Below are positions 18,600 through 29,022 of a stretch of DNA of 41,353 nt, one piece after another. The notes beneath the pieces were generated by a model, which did not search any database, was not told the origin of the DNA, and saw nothing but the letters and a program-made list of their open reading frames with translations. Both the position numbers and the translations under genes were made by a program. Positions within the stretch are counted from its first letter, which is position 1, and every line of letters begins with the position of its first letter. The stretch is taken from the NCBI GenBank assembly GCA_046761065.1, contig JBHIFL010000038.1, positions 1-41,353 on the forward strand. The letters are read 5' to 3'. The DNA is from Candidatus Heimdallarchaeota archaeon (lineage in GTDB: Archaea; Asgardarchaeota; Wukongarchaeia; Wukongarchaeales; JBHIFL01).

Positions 18600-21287
18600 C
18601 TATTCTCCTAATGGCTTTATAAGAAGAGTAGATTCAATTTCGCTCGGATTTGAGTCATGAAACATGGAAGCTGACGCATAAAACAAAGAGGGGTGATATT
18701 CATAGATAACGTAAAGTGTTTCCAATTGATCCTTGTAATGGTACGATAACGCCCACCCCCGTTGCCCCCCAGGGATCACACTCTCAGCCACATTAGGATA
18801 AGTACCTTTTTCCAATGTGTTTTCTCGAAGTTTTCCCAGATCTACGACAAAGCGTTCTGATGGGCCTGAATGAACTTCTCGATATGTTACATTCGCAAAT
18901 GTTTTTTTAGATCCCCCTGCAGCATTGAGTGTATTCGCGTCACCATCATAACGAAATGGGGGAGCACTCAGGGGACCAAATAGATCTCGGCCAGCCAGAT
19001 GATCGACATGCAATTTGTGGTAATCTCCCCAAAGCCATTTTTTCATATCACTCCCAAAATCCTCTGTTAATTGCTTTATTGTGTTTTTCATGCTTTTTAA
19101 AATGATATCTTTGATAGTTTCGACATGATTTGAAGTGGATATATCATTAAACCAATCCACACTTTGATTGTATAGAGTAAAATTTTCAAGGACAGTCCAT
19201 TGGGGTAGAGGTAAACCTATTGCATTAGCTGCCTTATATTCATCATCAAAAGTATTGTGCATAAAATAATCGAGCCACTCACGCCAAATTGTAGGAGCTA
19301 CTAAATCCTTGAGCATAGACCCATTCCAAGGGGCTATATATTCGAGAACGGCTTGAACCTGTGGGTCATTGGTTGGGGATATACTGAGGATATGCGGTTT
19401 AAATGCTAATGCTGCTGTGTCAACATTGTCTGTTTGGAACCGTTGCATGTCTTGAAAAGTAATTGTCCCATGAGGACCTGTTCCACCTGTCCGCAGTAGT
19501 TCATTGATTCGTCTTGCGCGATACCCATTGGCAAAAAAGGAGCCAAGAAAATATGGATATTCAGGGCCCGCAGTTTTCTGATTAGCACTTGCCAAATAAT
19601 GCTGTGAAGGGTTAGCCGATACTGGTATTTCATCGTAGGGGATAAATCCAAGCCATTCATTTTCTCCAGCAGATCCGTTATGAGGGACACGTCCCCAATA
19701 ACCAGGAGGACGAAGTGGGTAATGCCCCACAGGACGTATTGCAACATTGCCATAAATGTCAGCAAATACGGTATTTTGTGCAGGTACCCACCAATCGATG
19801 CCCGCTTGGATGAATTCTGTAAGATTATGCATATGATTGAAATTGTACACCGCACGCATCAGAGGATCGGGCGTATCGTGCCCTGTCCAGCGCATCGCTA
19901 CTGGAGTATATTCAGGAAGCAGAGTGGCATATTGGCTTTCCCTATGCACCTCTTCGCTTATGATAGGGCCATGTTCAGTGTATCTAATGGATAGGGGGTA
20001 GTCTTCCGCGTCTTTCACGGGTATCTTTTCTTCTACTATTGTAAAGGACTCCCAATCTCCTTTATTTGCACTCCAATATTGATCAGGATTGTTCGGGTTC
20101 AGTTTGTAATAATAGAAATCTGTTACATCAGCCCCTACATTCGTATAACCCCATGCGCAATATTCGTTGTGCCCTGCGATGACAGTGGGTGCGCCTATAA
20201 AAGAAAATCCATAGACATTTAAGCCGCTGTCATTCGAGACTTGATGAATTTCGTACCAAATTGGCGGTAAGCTATGGCTCAAATGCATATCATTTGCAAG
20301 GATCGGCCATCCAGTAGCGGATTTAGTACCATCTATTACCCAATTATTACTTCCAAGAAAACTTGCCCTAAACTCGTTTATAGGTATATCACCGACCTTT
20401 ATGGAACGTATTCGCTTTAATCTATCTAGAATTCGAGTAATCGAGTTAATTAAGCCCCTAGGAATCTTTTCTTGCATTGATGTCTCAATTTGTGAGTAGT
20501 AAACAGCGGGGGTTAGGGGTGAACTAGGATAACTTCCATAATTTGGAATCACTGGAATTTGTCCGATGGTATTCTCAATCGGGAACAATTCTTCTGCCTT
20601 TTCTCTCCCAAACCGATGTACAAGTTGTGCCATTATCAATTCAAGGTCGATATCTCCTGCAAGCGACCATTCCATCATATTGGCGAAAGCCAATGTATCG
20701 TGAGGCCGCCAAGGAGTTGGTTCATAATTTATGAGTCGAAACTCCAATGGCAAATCTTTAGGTTGCATATTCTCAATATAAGTATTAATACCTTTAGTAT
20801 AAGCATGAAGAGCCCGTAAATAGGTGGAATCTGGATCTTGGGCTAAAAATGTCTGGTAGGATTGATTCGCAACCCGTTCTAACCCGATGGTTCGGTAAAA
20901 AATATCCGTTTCAAGCGCCACATCTCCAAGTATCTCAGATAACCGACCATTAAATTGACGACGGGTAATATCCAGTTGCCAAAGGCGATCTTGTGCATGT
21001 ACATAACCAGTAGCGAAGTACAGATCTTCTTCTGTGTTTGCATAAATGTGAGGAACACCGTAACTATCACGATAGATGGTTACAGTGTCGATTAGACCTG
21101 GAAGTTCAATTGTTTGAAACTCTGGGAGATCCGCATTTTGTGAAATTGCCCAAAGGCCCCCATTTGGATTGATAAGATCCCCCAGTGGAGGTACTGGGCC
21201 CAAGGAAATAGTCAAGACGCCTATTACCAAGGATGCTAACGCAACTGATGAAAAAACTCGAATGAGTTTCTTGATTTGCGAACCCAA
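18600..21287 (-). CDS. Penicillin acylase family Ntn-hydrolase with N-terminal membrane anchor
   Basis: RDSYGVPHIYA, GYVHAQDRLWQ, GSNNW (catalytic Ser), ILANDMHL, HGP, ASANQ and PGGQ.G. Confidence 0.95.
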   Translation of the reverse strand: MGSQIKKLIRVFSSVALASLVIGVLTISLGPVPPLGDLINPNGGLWAISQNADLPEFQTIELPGLIDTVTIYRDSYGVPHIYANTEEDLYFATGYVHAQDRLWQLDITRRQFNGRLSEILGDVALETDIFYRTIGLERVANQSYQTFLAQDPDSTYLRALHAYTKGINTYIENMQPKDLPLEFRLINYEPTPWRPHDTLAFANMMEWSLAGDIDLELIMAQLVHRFGREKAEELFPIENTIGQIPVIPNYGSYPSSPLTPAVYYSQIETSMQEKIPRGLINSITRILDRLKRIRSIKVGDIPINEFRASFLGSNNWVIDGTKSATGWPILANDMHLSHSLPPIWYEIHQVSNDSGLNVYGFSFIGAPTVIAGHNEYCAWGYTNVGADVTDFYYYKLNPNNPDQYWSANKGDWESFTIVEEKIPVKDAEDYPLSIRYTEHGPIISEEVHRESQYATLLPEYTPVAMRWTGHDTPDPLMRAVYNFNHMHNLTEFIQAGIDWWVPAQNTVFADIYGNVAIRPVGHYPLRPPGYWGRVPHNGSAGENEWLGFIPYDEIPVSANPSQHYLASANQKTAGPEYPYFLGSFFANGYRARRINELLRTGGTGPHGTITFQDMQRFQTDNVDTAALAFKPHILSISPTNDPQVQAVLEYIAPWNGSMLKDLVAPTIWREWLDYFMHNTFDDEYKAANAIGLPLPQWTVLENFTLYNQSVDWFNDISTSNHVETIKDIILKSMKNTIKQLTEDFGSDMKKWLWGDYHKLHVDHLAGRDLFGPLSAPPFRYDGDANTLNAAGGSKKTFANVTYREVHSGPSERFVVDLGKLRENTLEKGTYPNVAESVIPGGQRGWALSYHYKDQLETLYVIYEYHPSLFYASASMFHDSNPSEIESTLLIKPLGE

Positions 21288-21465
21288 TGCTTATCCGCCC
21301 TAGACTTAGTAATAGGGTCTTAAATGTAATTGTTGATTTTTTTAAAAAGGTTTGTGTGACCTTTGGAACTTCAATAATAAATTATATCATTGAAAATTGG
21401 GGTCCTTACCATTTTTATCACCTCGTTAGAATTCGCAGATGAGTTTGTTCAAGTAGGTTATTTAT

Positions 21466-22008
21466 TTAGAAGCGTCGGGTAATGAAAAGGATACTAAGAA
21501 CACTTCCACCCACTATTATGATAATGCTTGAAAGAAAGACCTGTGTATTTGGCATTTGATTGATCAAACCCTTATCTAGGGAGTTAAATGAATTGTTAGC
21601 TGCTACCAATAAAATATAATTCCCCGGAGGGAGCTCCACAGTAGCACTAGCTTCTGCAGTTTCCCGAAATGAGGTGTAGGCACTTTCAAAGTGAAGCGTC
21701 CCATTCCAAACATGAATTCCGTTTGCAGATAGGATTTCTAAGTCCACAAAGAATTCATAATGGCGATCTGGTCGGCATTCATGTTGGATATTCATGTGAT
21801 AGTAAAAATGATATATACCACTTATTATGATCTGAGCTTTCCTGAATATGCTTTTCTGCACCAAGAAATGGACAGGAAGCGGTTCATCTCCTTGCCATGT
21901 AGCAACAGTCAAAGAGTGGGTAGCGTTGTTGTAAAGTCCCATAATTGCAAAACCTATTACCATTGCTAAGATTCCGCCAATACCAGTGATGCGTTGATAG
22001 TTTACCAT
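21466..22008 (-). CDS. Hypothetical membrane protein (N- and C-terminal TM helices around a beta-rich extracellular domain)
   Basis: 180-aa ORF with terminal hydrophobic helices and LPPGNY. Confidence 0.55.
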   Translation of the reverse strand: MVNYQRITGIGGILAMVIGFAIMGLYNNATHSLTVATWQGDEPLPVHFLVQKSIFRKAQIIISGIYHFYYHMNIQHECRPDRHYEFFVDLEILSANGIHVWNGTLHFESAYTSFRETAEASATVELPPGNYILLVAANNSFNSLDKGLINQMPNTQVFLSSIIIIVGGSVLSILFITRRF

Positions 22009-22277
22009 TGTAAATACACTCTTGCTTTGAATTAGACATATAAATTTTAACAGTTATTAAAAGATCCCCCTTTCAAAAGAAGTGAGAATCCCTCCCATTT
22101 TTAACAGGATCCAAGGGTTATATTGGATTATAATGCTGGCTAGGAATCAAAGGAGAATTCTCTGGGATAGGACAATCTGGATTGACTTTATTTGGAATTC
22201 TTTTATCATAAAATCCTATGGAACATTTGGATTGATATTCAGGTACGACATTTGTATTTGCTTCTTCTTCTTGCGTT

Positions 22278-22727
22278 TCAGGGAAAATATGCATAAAGAT
22301 TTGTGAGAACCATTAAACCTAGCCCTAACTGGGCAAATAGAGTACTATGACGAATCATTACACTAGCTATGCCTAGTCCAAAGATTGCAGGCAGAAAAGA
22401 TAATATGTATAGCCATGTATCACAGCAGCCAACTGCAACTAAGGCAAAAAAGGAAAAAAACGAAGATGCCGCACTCTCAAATAAATTCAGCCCAGAAGTC
22501 TTTTTTCTAGGCAGTTCACAGCCTAATATTTTACCATAATCCACTATCAACATCTGCACTGCAACACTTACAGAAATTCCAATGATGTAAATGCCATTCA
22601 TGTGTAACGCAATAGATGCGGCTATTAAAGGTGTCAAATTTGGAGTGGTTAATATTACAACTAATAGGTAAAGTAAAAGAGAAATAATTCCCGCAGACGC
22701 TGCTTTTGCTAAAAGTTTCCGATGCAT
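22278..22727 (-). CDS. Membrane protein with an intramembrane Cys-Cys motif; C-terminus possibly clipped by a frameshift
   Basis: About four TM helices and VGCC. Its ATG abuts the DUF3179 stop. A basic tail LKRKKKK lies in another frame right after the stop. Confidence 0.6.
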   Translation of the reverse strand: MHRKLLAKAASAGIISLLLYLLVVILTTPNLTPLIAASIALHMNGIYIIGISVSVAVQMLIVDYGKILGCELPRKKTSGLNLFESAASSFFSFFALVAVGCCDTWLYILSFLPAIFGLGIASVMIRHSTLFAQLGLGLMVLTNLYAYFP

Positions 22728-23884
22728 TTACTCAAACACCTCCGTTAAGGGATAGAAAGCCACCCAAGCAAACCAAAAGGCGATATGTCCATTTTGGATC
22801 CGCTTCAAGATAGTTCCTTTCAACAGCCTATCAACAGCTTGACCATGTTCATCCCAGATACTGTTTGTCTCTTGATCAATAATTCGCTCTTCTTTAACTT
22901 CAAAGGTTAACCATATCCCATCTATATCAGTATTAAAACCTCGAATAGCCATATTACCTACTTTAAACAAAACTACCTCCCGGTTTTGGAAAACATCATT
23001 CACACCTTCATTTTTATCTACATACTGGACAGGATATGCCTTTCATTGACCCTTATATTCGATCCCATAGATCACTTCTTTTTCAAAAAGACGGTCATCT
23101 CGATGCTCAACAGGGAACCAGATTGATGCACTTTCAAAATAGCCCTTATAAGGATCTGCCCCATATGGCTTGATGTATCCGGTTTCTTTTGAAAGAGCTG
23201 TAGTTACTGGATGCAGTTGCTTCCAATCCCCCCAAGGCATCACATCAGTTGGGATCCTTGTTAACAGATAACCAGCTACTCTCCAACTAACACCTGGCCA
23301 AGCATTTTGCTCCAAAGGTTACCAGCATCAGTTAAGTCTTGCTAAAAGATTGAAAGCCGATTATTTCCTGGCTGCCTATCATACATTACTAAATCACTAT
23401 TATAAAGGCGCCCAGAAGTTCCAAATTCAACTGTCTGTCCATTTAAAACTCTTATAAAAGCAATGCTACTGTAGCAAAGAGGGCAATATGTTATTACAAA
23501 AGGAGTATCACCAAACATATCATTGATGATCTCATGCCAGACAAGATCTGTAAAGGATATGCTTTAACAATCCCATTATAGCTTACACCAATAACTATAT
23601 CATTGTTTGAAAGAAAATTGGCTTCGCTTGGATCAATAAATTTTGGATTATCAATTGAAGGAATTCCATCCTTTCGCAGTTCCCCACTTTAAATCCTATC
23701 TAATGGGATTATTTGCTTTATTTCTTCTTTTTGTGGTTGTTCGGTAATTGTTGAGTCTGTTGTTGTAATTGAACTGGGCGGTGCTTTTTGTTTTCTCCTG
23801 ATAATACAAACGAAAGAAGATATGCCCACTTATAATAACGAATCCAAAAATTGCTAAAACTAGGATTCTTAATTTATAATTCAT
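22728..23884 (-). pseudogene. DUF3179-family protein pseudogene (several frameshifts and stops)
   Basis: Motifs reconstructed across frames on the minus strand: N-terminal anchor, KDGIPSIDNPKF, KAYPLQIL/VWHEIIND, TYCPLC, FGTSGRLYNSDLVMYDR, W.DWK.LHP, DQETNSIW and FWFAWVAFYP. Confidence 0.9.
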
Positions 23885-24321
23885 AAGGTGTACCTCATCT
23901 TGGAGTTAATTATCAGAATAGGGTTTAACTCGCTTATTCAACCCTAATGGGCACAATTTCAATCTTTCTTGGAATTTATAACTTATAAATTTATTCTTTA
24001 ATTATTAAAATTTAAATTGAATTTCTATCTAAAATTAGACTACAAAAAATAGATGGTGCCTTACACCATATTAACATTGATTAAAGGTATTTTCTTCAAG
24101 GTAGCTAATGTAATTTCGTAGATTGAAGTATAAATAATTATAAAGTTAAAATATCACTTTAAATAAAAATCAACATCCATTACCACTCTAAACCGTATTT
24201 TTTTCGATGAAAATCCAAAAATTGGCTTAATAGCTATCAGAATAAAATAAACCTCAAATTCTATGACTCTATGAACATGCAAAAATTTACTGTTATCCTA
24301 TTTCAATAAGGAGGTATTTCT

Positions 24322-25479
24322 ATAACATTTTGGGGATATCGCCGAGCAGATGGATCGGTTGGAGTAAGAAATCATGTTGCCATCATTTCTTCTGTTATGT
24401 GCGCAAATACAGTAACCGCACAGATTTCCAGTAAAATCACGGGAACAGTTGCAGTAACCCATACCCAGGGATGTGCTCAGCTGGGGGTGGATTCCAAACA
24501 GACAATGCGTGCCCTAGCAGGAATAGGACTTAATCCTAATATTGCAGCGGTTCTTTTTATTGGGTTGGGGTGTGAACAGATTACCCCAGAAATTCTTGCT
24601 AGAAAGGTCGACAAATCAGAAAAACCCGTTGAAACCCTATCAATTCAAGACGAGGGAGGAACATCAAAAACGATTACTAAAGGAGTAAGGATAGCCCGAA
24701 CCATGGTACAGGAGGCTGTAAAAATTGCTCGAGAACAAGTCAGCCTTGACGCGCTCATCTTAGGCACCGAATGCGGCGGGAGTGATGCTACATCTGGGCT
24801 TGCAGCAAATCCAGCTCTGGGGATCGCGGCTGATTTGCTACTTAAAAAGGGAGGGACCGTGATTCTCAGCGAGACCACCGAACTAATTGGGGCAGAACAC
24901 CTGCTTGTTAAGAGAGCAAAAACTAAGGCAATTAGCCAGAAATTGCTCAATATTGTCAACAAGATGGAACAGCGAGCAACCTTGATGGGAGTTGATCTAA
25001 GAGAAGGTCAACCGTCTCCAGGAAACATCGCAGGGGGACTTACAACGATCGAAGAAAAATCATTGGGGACTATTTACAAAGGAGGTTCTGCTCAAATTGA
25101 AGATGTCTTGGGGTATGCTCATAAACCATCCAAAAAGGGCTTCTTTATCATGGATAGCCCAGGACAAGATGTCGAATCAATTGTCGGAATGATTGCGGGT
25201 GGTGCGCAACTCATCATGTTCACAACTGGACGTGGATCTATCACTGGATCACAACTAGCCCCAGTTATAAAGATTACAGGAAATCCTAGAACATTTCAAA
25301 AAATGCAAGAGGATATGGATGTTAATGCAGGAACTATTATCACTGGACAAGAAACCCTTAAGGAAGTTGGTACACGGATTTTTCAAAAAATCATACGGGT
25401 TGCATCGGGAGAACTTACGAAATCAGAAATTCTTGGGCACAATGAATTTGCAATTATGAGGATCCATTCATCTATCTAG
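24322..25479 (+). CDS. UxaA/GarD family dehydratase large subunit (altronate dehydratase or sulfolactate sulfo-lyase SuyB-like); start appears to be ATA
   Basis: The conserved N-terminus FWGYRRADGSVGVRNH is in frame upstream of ATG 24397. Other motifs: HTQGC, GLGCE, ECGGSD.TSG..ANP, SETTE..GAE, PSPGN..GGLTTIEEKSLG and FTTGRG. AAGGAGGT RBS lies 6 nt before the ATA. Confidence 0.9.
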   Translation: MTFWGYRRADGSVGVRNHVAIISSVMCANTVTAQISSKITGTVAVTHTQGCAQLGVDSKQTMRALAGIGLNPNIAAVLFIGLGCEQITPEILARKVDKSEKPVETLSIQDEGGTSKTITKGVRIARTMVQEAVKIAREQVSLDALILGTECGGSDATSGLAANPALGIAADLLLKKGGTVILSETTELIGAEHLLVKRAKTKAISQKLLNIVNKMEQRATLMGVDLREGQPSPGNIAGGLTTIEEKSLGTIYKGGSAQIEDVLGYAHKPSKKGFFIMDSPGQDVESIVGMIAGGAQLIMFTTGRGSITGSQLAPVIKITGNPRTFQKMQEDMDVNAGTIITGQETLKEVGTRIFQKIIRVASGELTKSEILGHNEFAIMRIHSSI

Positions 25480-25494
25480 TTATATATTTCAATT

Positions 25495-26490
25495 TTATAA
25501 ACTATTTAATGCCTGCCATAATGCTTTAGGGGTAATATATTCGATCTGGGCTTTTTCCTTTATTTCCTTGATTTTATAAAGTAAGTATGAGTTAATGGGG
25601 CTTTTTATATTGATTTTTTTACCGAGGTGGACGATTTCACCCGTCAAAAAATCACTTTCATCAGCCGTTTTCCGAATTAAGGATTGATGCGTAGAGACAA
25701 AACGTAATAACCTTGTGGAGGGCTCGTGAGCTAGCCAATCCATAATTTTCTGCTCATCACTTAAAAGCTCGAGGAATGATTCCAGATTATGATATTCTGC
25801 CTTGATTCCTGCAGCTTTCACTACAACCATGCCTTCCTTTATTGCTTCCACTGTTATTAAACGTAAATACTTGTTTTCAAAGCCCTTAGGAAAGGGAAGT
25901 CCGCAAATAGCAAAAGGGAGGTTGAGTAAGTTTAATATCAACTTGCCCCATAATTCGGCCCGAATATTCGTTGATATGCGGGTTGGAATGCCAGACACCA
26001 TAAAGCTGTAAATCTGTTTAATACGTTTCGTGATCTCACCGGTTCTTTCCCCAATGATACAAATGCCTTCATGAGTATGAATAATTTCTCCTGGTTTCAA
26101 GTAGGTCGCACTGAATCGAACAATACCCGGGATTATTTTTCCTTCTCCAATGATATGGGCAATAACATCTGGATTTCGAACCCCATTTTGCAACGAAACC
26201 ACAACTGCAGAGTCGGAAAGAAAAGGGGCAAACTCTTTGACCGCATTTTTAGTATCTGGGCTCTTAACTGTTAAGAAGACAAGATCGGTGCCGTTCACCA
26301 CGGAGGGATCTGTAAAGGCAGGAACATGTACGGTTAATTTTTCAATCCCCCTGATTCGTAGGCCCGCTTCATTGATAGCAGCCACATGATCTGGACGTGC
26401 TACTAATATCACATGTTGTCCCGCTTTAAATAACCGGGCTCCAAGGACACTGCCTACGGCGCCTGCACCATAGATAACGGCTTTCATCAA
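25495..26490 (-). CDS. panE: 2-dehydropantoate 2-reductase family (PanE/ApbA)
   Basis: GAGAVG, LTVKS, SLQNG, WGKL..N, ST.QS....E.DFL.GEIV and PIN. Confidence 0.85.
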   Translation of the reverse strand: MMKAVIYGAGAVGSVLGARLFKAGQHVILVARPDHVAAINEAGLRIRGIEKLTVHVPAFTDPSVVNGTDLVFLTVKSPDTKNAVKEFAPFLSDSAVVVSLQNGVRNPDVIAHIIGEGKIIPGIVRFSATYLKPGEIIHTHEGICIIGERTGEITKRIKQIYSFMVSGIPTRISTNIRAELWGKLILNLLNLPFAICGLPFPKGFENKYLRLITVEAIKEGMVVVKAAGIKAEYHNLESFLELLSDEQKIMDWLAHEPSTRLLRFVSTHQSLIRKTADESDFLTGEIVHLGKKINIKSPINSYLLYKIKEIKEKAQIEYITPKALWQALNSL

Positions 26491-27121
26491 GATAGCTACC
26501 TTTTAAGTGTATTATGCTTCTTCATTGACTAATCATTATGGATTTACAAATACATAAGTGGAGATGCCTCTCATTTCTCGAATATTAAATAATTAGCACA
26601 TTCAATCATGTATAGTGCAACAATTGTTTGCCGTTTTTGGGCTGTAGAAGATAAACTTGATGTTATCAAATTAGATATTGAGCTTCGAATATTAAAACTC
26701 TTTTTAAACCTGGTTCAGATCGGAACTCGCTCCGAGTGTTGTGGAACTATTTATTCATCTCTTCAAAAGAGAAATTATTGAAAATAGAGCTCATTTTATT
26801 GTAGGATTAGGAAGACCAATGGGACTGTCTCTGGAAACACTTAAAGTTGCGACTCTACCTCGTGAAATATGAATAACAAATGAGGGACAAATGGCAGGGG
26901 AATGAACTTTGGTCAAAAATTCAGTGATTTAGATATTTCAAAAATAGCTAAAATCTAATAAAATTTGTTGTACAAGAGAATCCTGCCCGGAAGGGTCGTA
27001 CTCAAATAATTAGGGGCCTTTCTAAAGGATTTAAGAGGGAGTTGTTAAATTTCTGAAATGATACTTGCCCAAGAGAAAAAGTCAATAAGTTTTGGTTTCA
27101 TATCTAATAAAGGTGATTAAA

Positions 27122-27874
27122 ATTAGCACCAAAATTCAAATCGTTGAAACAATGGACTTAGATGGCGTGAAAACATTCTTAATCGGTTTACCGGAGATTG
27201 GTCTCGTTGGAACAATCTCAGCAATGCAATTAATAAAGAGCTTAGGCATGGAAGAAGTAGGATATATGAAATCCGAGTTATTTCCACCACTTGTGATTTT
27301 TCATGGAGGACAGCCTAAAGCTCCCTTTCGCTTATTTCGAAAGGATGGCTTAGCACTGCTCGTAGCAGAAATTCCACTACCTCCCGACGCCCTGAACGAT
27401 TTTGTTGAGCGTCTTGTTGTGTGGATAAATGAACGAAATGTGGAGCTAACGATTCTTATTGGAGCGGTTCCTCTTCCAAATAGATCACAATTGTCCTATG
27501 AGGATCTCACTGTGTTTGGGATTCCTATTGGAACCTACGCAGAAAAAATTGCGGCACCTCTTAATTTATCAACCTTTGAGGATGGCATTATAGCTGGACC
27601 GTTAGCAAAAATCCTCTGGCGATTGAAGGAAGAACAAATATCGACTCTTAGCTTATATGCAACCGCTTTTGAGCGTTATCCTGATCCTGGTGCTTCAATA
27701 GCAGTTCTAAACGTCTTGAGTAAAGTCATTGGTAAAGATATTGATGTACAAGAACTAGTTGAGAAAGCGGATGAGATTCGGTTACGTCTGCGGGATCTAG
27801 CACAAAGTACGGATCGCACTATGGCCCAAATGGGAAAATCGGCAGAGACGTCCCTTCCTGCACTCTATGCATAG
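27122..27874 (+). CDS. PAC2 family proteasome assembly chaperone/activator (Pba-like) ending in HbYX (LYA)
   Basis: IGLPEIGLVGTI, PFRLF, G.IAG, YPDPGAS, IDV.EL.E.A.EI and C-terminal LYA. The start is uncertain: ATT 27122 behind AGGTGA, GTG 27113, TTG 27092 or ATG 27152. Confidence 0.9.
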   Translation: MSTKIQIVETMDLDGVKTFLIGLPEIGLVGTISAMQLIKSLGMEEVGYMKSELFPPLVIFHGGQPKAPFRLFRKDGLALLVAEIPLPPDALNDFVERLVVWINERNVELTILIGAVPLPNRSQLSYEDLTVFGIPIGTYAEKIAAPLNLSTFEDGIIAGPLAKILWRLKEEQISTLSLYATAFERYPDPGASIAVLNVLSKVIGKDIDVQELVEKADEIRLRLRDLAQSTDRTMAQMGKSAETSLPALYA

Positions 27875-27887
27875 GTTGGTGGAATAA

Positions 27888-28388
27888 ATGACTAACGAAG
27901 AATCACCTAACGATAAAAAAGAAGTCCGTTCTACTCGTGGATTCGATATGATGACACGGAGACTCTTCGAAATGTTTGAAGATCTAAGAACACGGATGGA
28001 TTTTGCCTTTGATAGGTTTGCAGGGAAACGATGGCCACTTTTAGAGCCACTACGGGACTTTGAACACTCTCATTTACGCCCATTATGGACAATTAAAGAA
28101 GATCCTAACACTCTTACAATAACGGTAGATCTTCCTTATATTAAAAAAGAGAATATAAAGTTACAAGCAGAAGAGGATGCACTTACTGTAACAGCGGAGC
28201 TTGAACACTCAATTAAATTTGAGTCGGGTTTCAAACACCATCAAGAAACGGAATTTCGTAGATATAATCAAACATTTCGGCTCCCTTGCAAGATAGATGT
28301 AGAAGATGTTAAGGCGAGCTTCCAACAGGGCATTCTGTCCATTAAAGCACCAAGAAAATGCAAAAGGCGAAATATTCCAATTGAGTAA
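27888..28388 (+). CDS. Small heat-shock protein Hsp20 (alpha-crystallin domain)
   Basis: ITVDLP..KKENIKL, FRLP..ID...VKASF..GIL.I.AP and C-terminal IPIE. Confidence 0.9.
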   Translation: MTNEESPNDKKEVRSTRGFDMMTRRLFEMFEDLRTRMDFAFDRFAGKRWPLLEPLRDFEHSHLRPLWTIKEDPNTLTITVDLPYIKKENIKLQAEEDALTVTAELEHSIKFESGFKHHQETEFRRYNQTFRLPCKIDVEDVKASFQQGILSIKAPRKCKRRNIPIE

Positions 28389-28458
28389 GTACTCCGAGAT
28401 TATCCAAACCCTGATTCTATCTTTCATCGGATAAAACTCATAGTGAAGGGGTTCTCTG

Positions 28459-28947
28459 ATGAATAAAAGGAATGACGAGAAAAAAGCAAAAAAAGAAGCA
28501 GTGGAGTCGATCCGTGAAAGCTTAATGAGCTTAGCTGGAGATCTAAAATCCCGAATTGATTCTCAATTGGAAAAAGAATCTTTATCACTAAGTGTACCAA
28601 CAGATTCGTTACGTAATTTTGAACAAAAGTGCCTTTCACCTCTTGTTGATCTAATAGAAGACACAGAACAAATTACCATTACTGCTGATCTCCCTTGTGC
28701 GGTTAAAGAGAAGATCAAAATACAAACCACTGATAATTCAATAAACTTCGAAGCCGGACTTATACACGATATAAAGTTTGCTTCTGGGTTCCGATTTCAA
28801 CAGGACACTGCATTCAAGTGTTATCGTAAAACAATCAAGCTTCCAACAAAGATTGATCCGAATAGCGTCCGGGCGACCTATATCCGAGGAATTCTCACAA
28901 TTACCGCCCAAAAGATAGGGAAAAGAGTAAATATTCCCATAGAATAG
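28459..28947 (+). CDS. Second tandem Hsp20 paralog
   Basis: PLVDLIE, ITADLP, LP.KIDP..V.ATY..GILTI and IPIE; shares IKF.SGF..Q.T.F with the first copy. Confidence 0.9.
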   Translation: MNKRNDEKKAKKEAVESIRESLMSLAGDLKSRIDSQLEKESLSLSVPTDSLRNFEQKCLSPLVDLIEDTEQITITADLPCAVKEKIKIQTTDNSINFEAGLIHDIKFASGFRFQQDTAFKCYRKTIKLPTKIDPNSVRATYIRGILTITAQKIGKRVNIPIE

Positions 28948-29022
28948 TTTCGTTAAGGTTTAAACACAGCTAAAAAGAAAAGAGGCATAAAAAAATAAAC
29001 AAGAAGGGAAAGATAAAATTGA

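Noticed and set aside
23043-23045. In-frame TGA in DUF3179 read as selenocysteine
   Set aside because: It lies in G.xKAYP, not at the CxxC site (TYCPLC is intact Cys), and the gene has several other frameshifts and stops.
26719-26910. Coding-like fragment SELAPSVVELFIHLFKREII...VATLPREI*
   Set aside because: It may be a gene remnant, but no family or convincing start was recognised.
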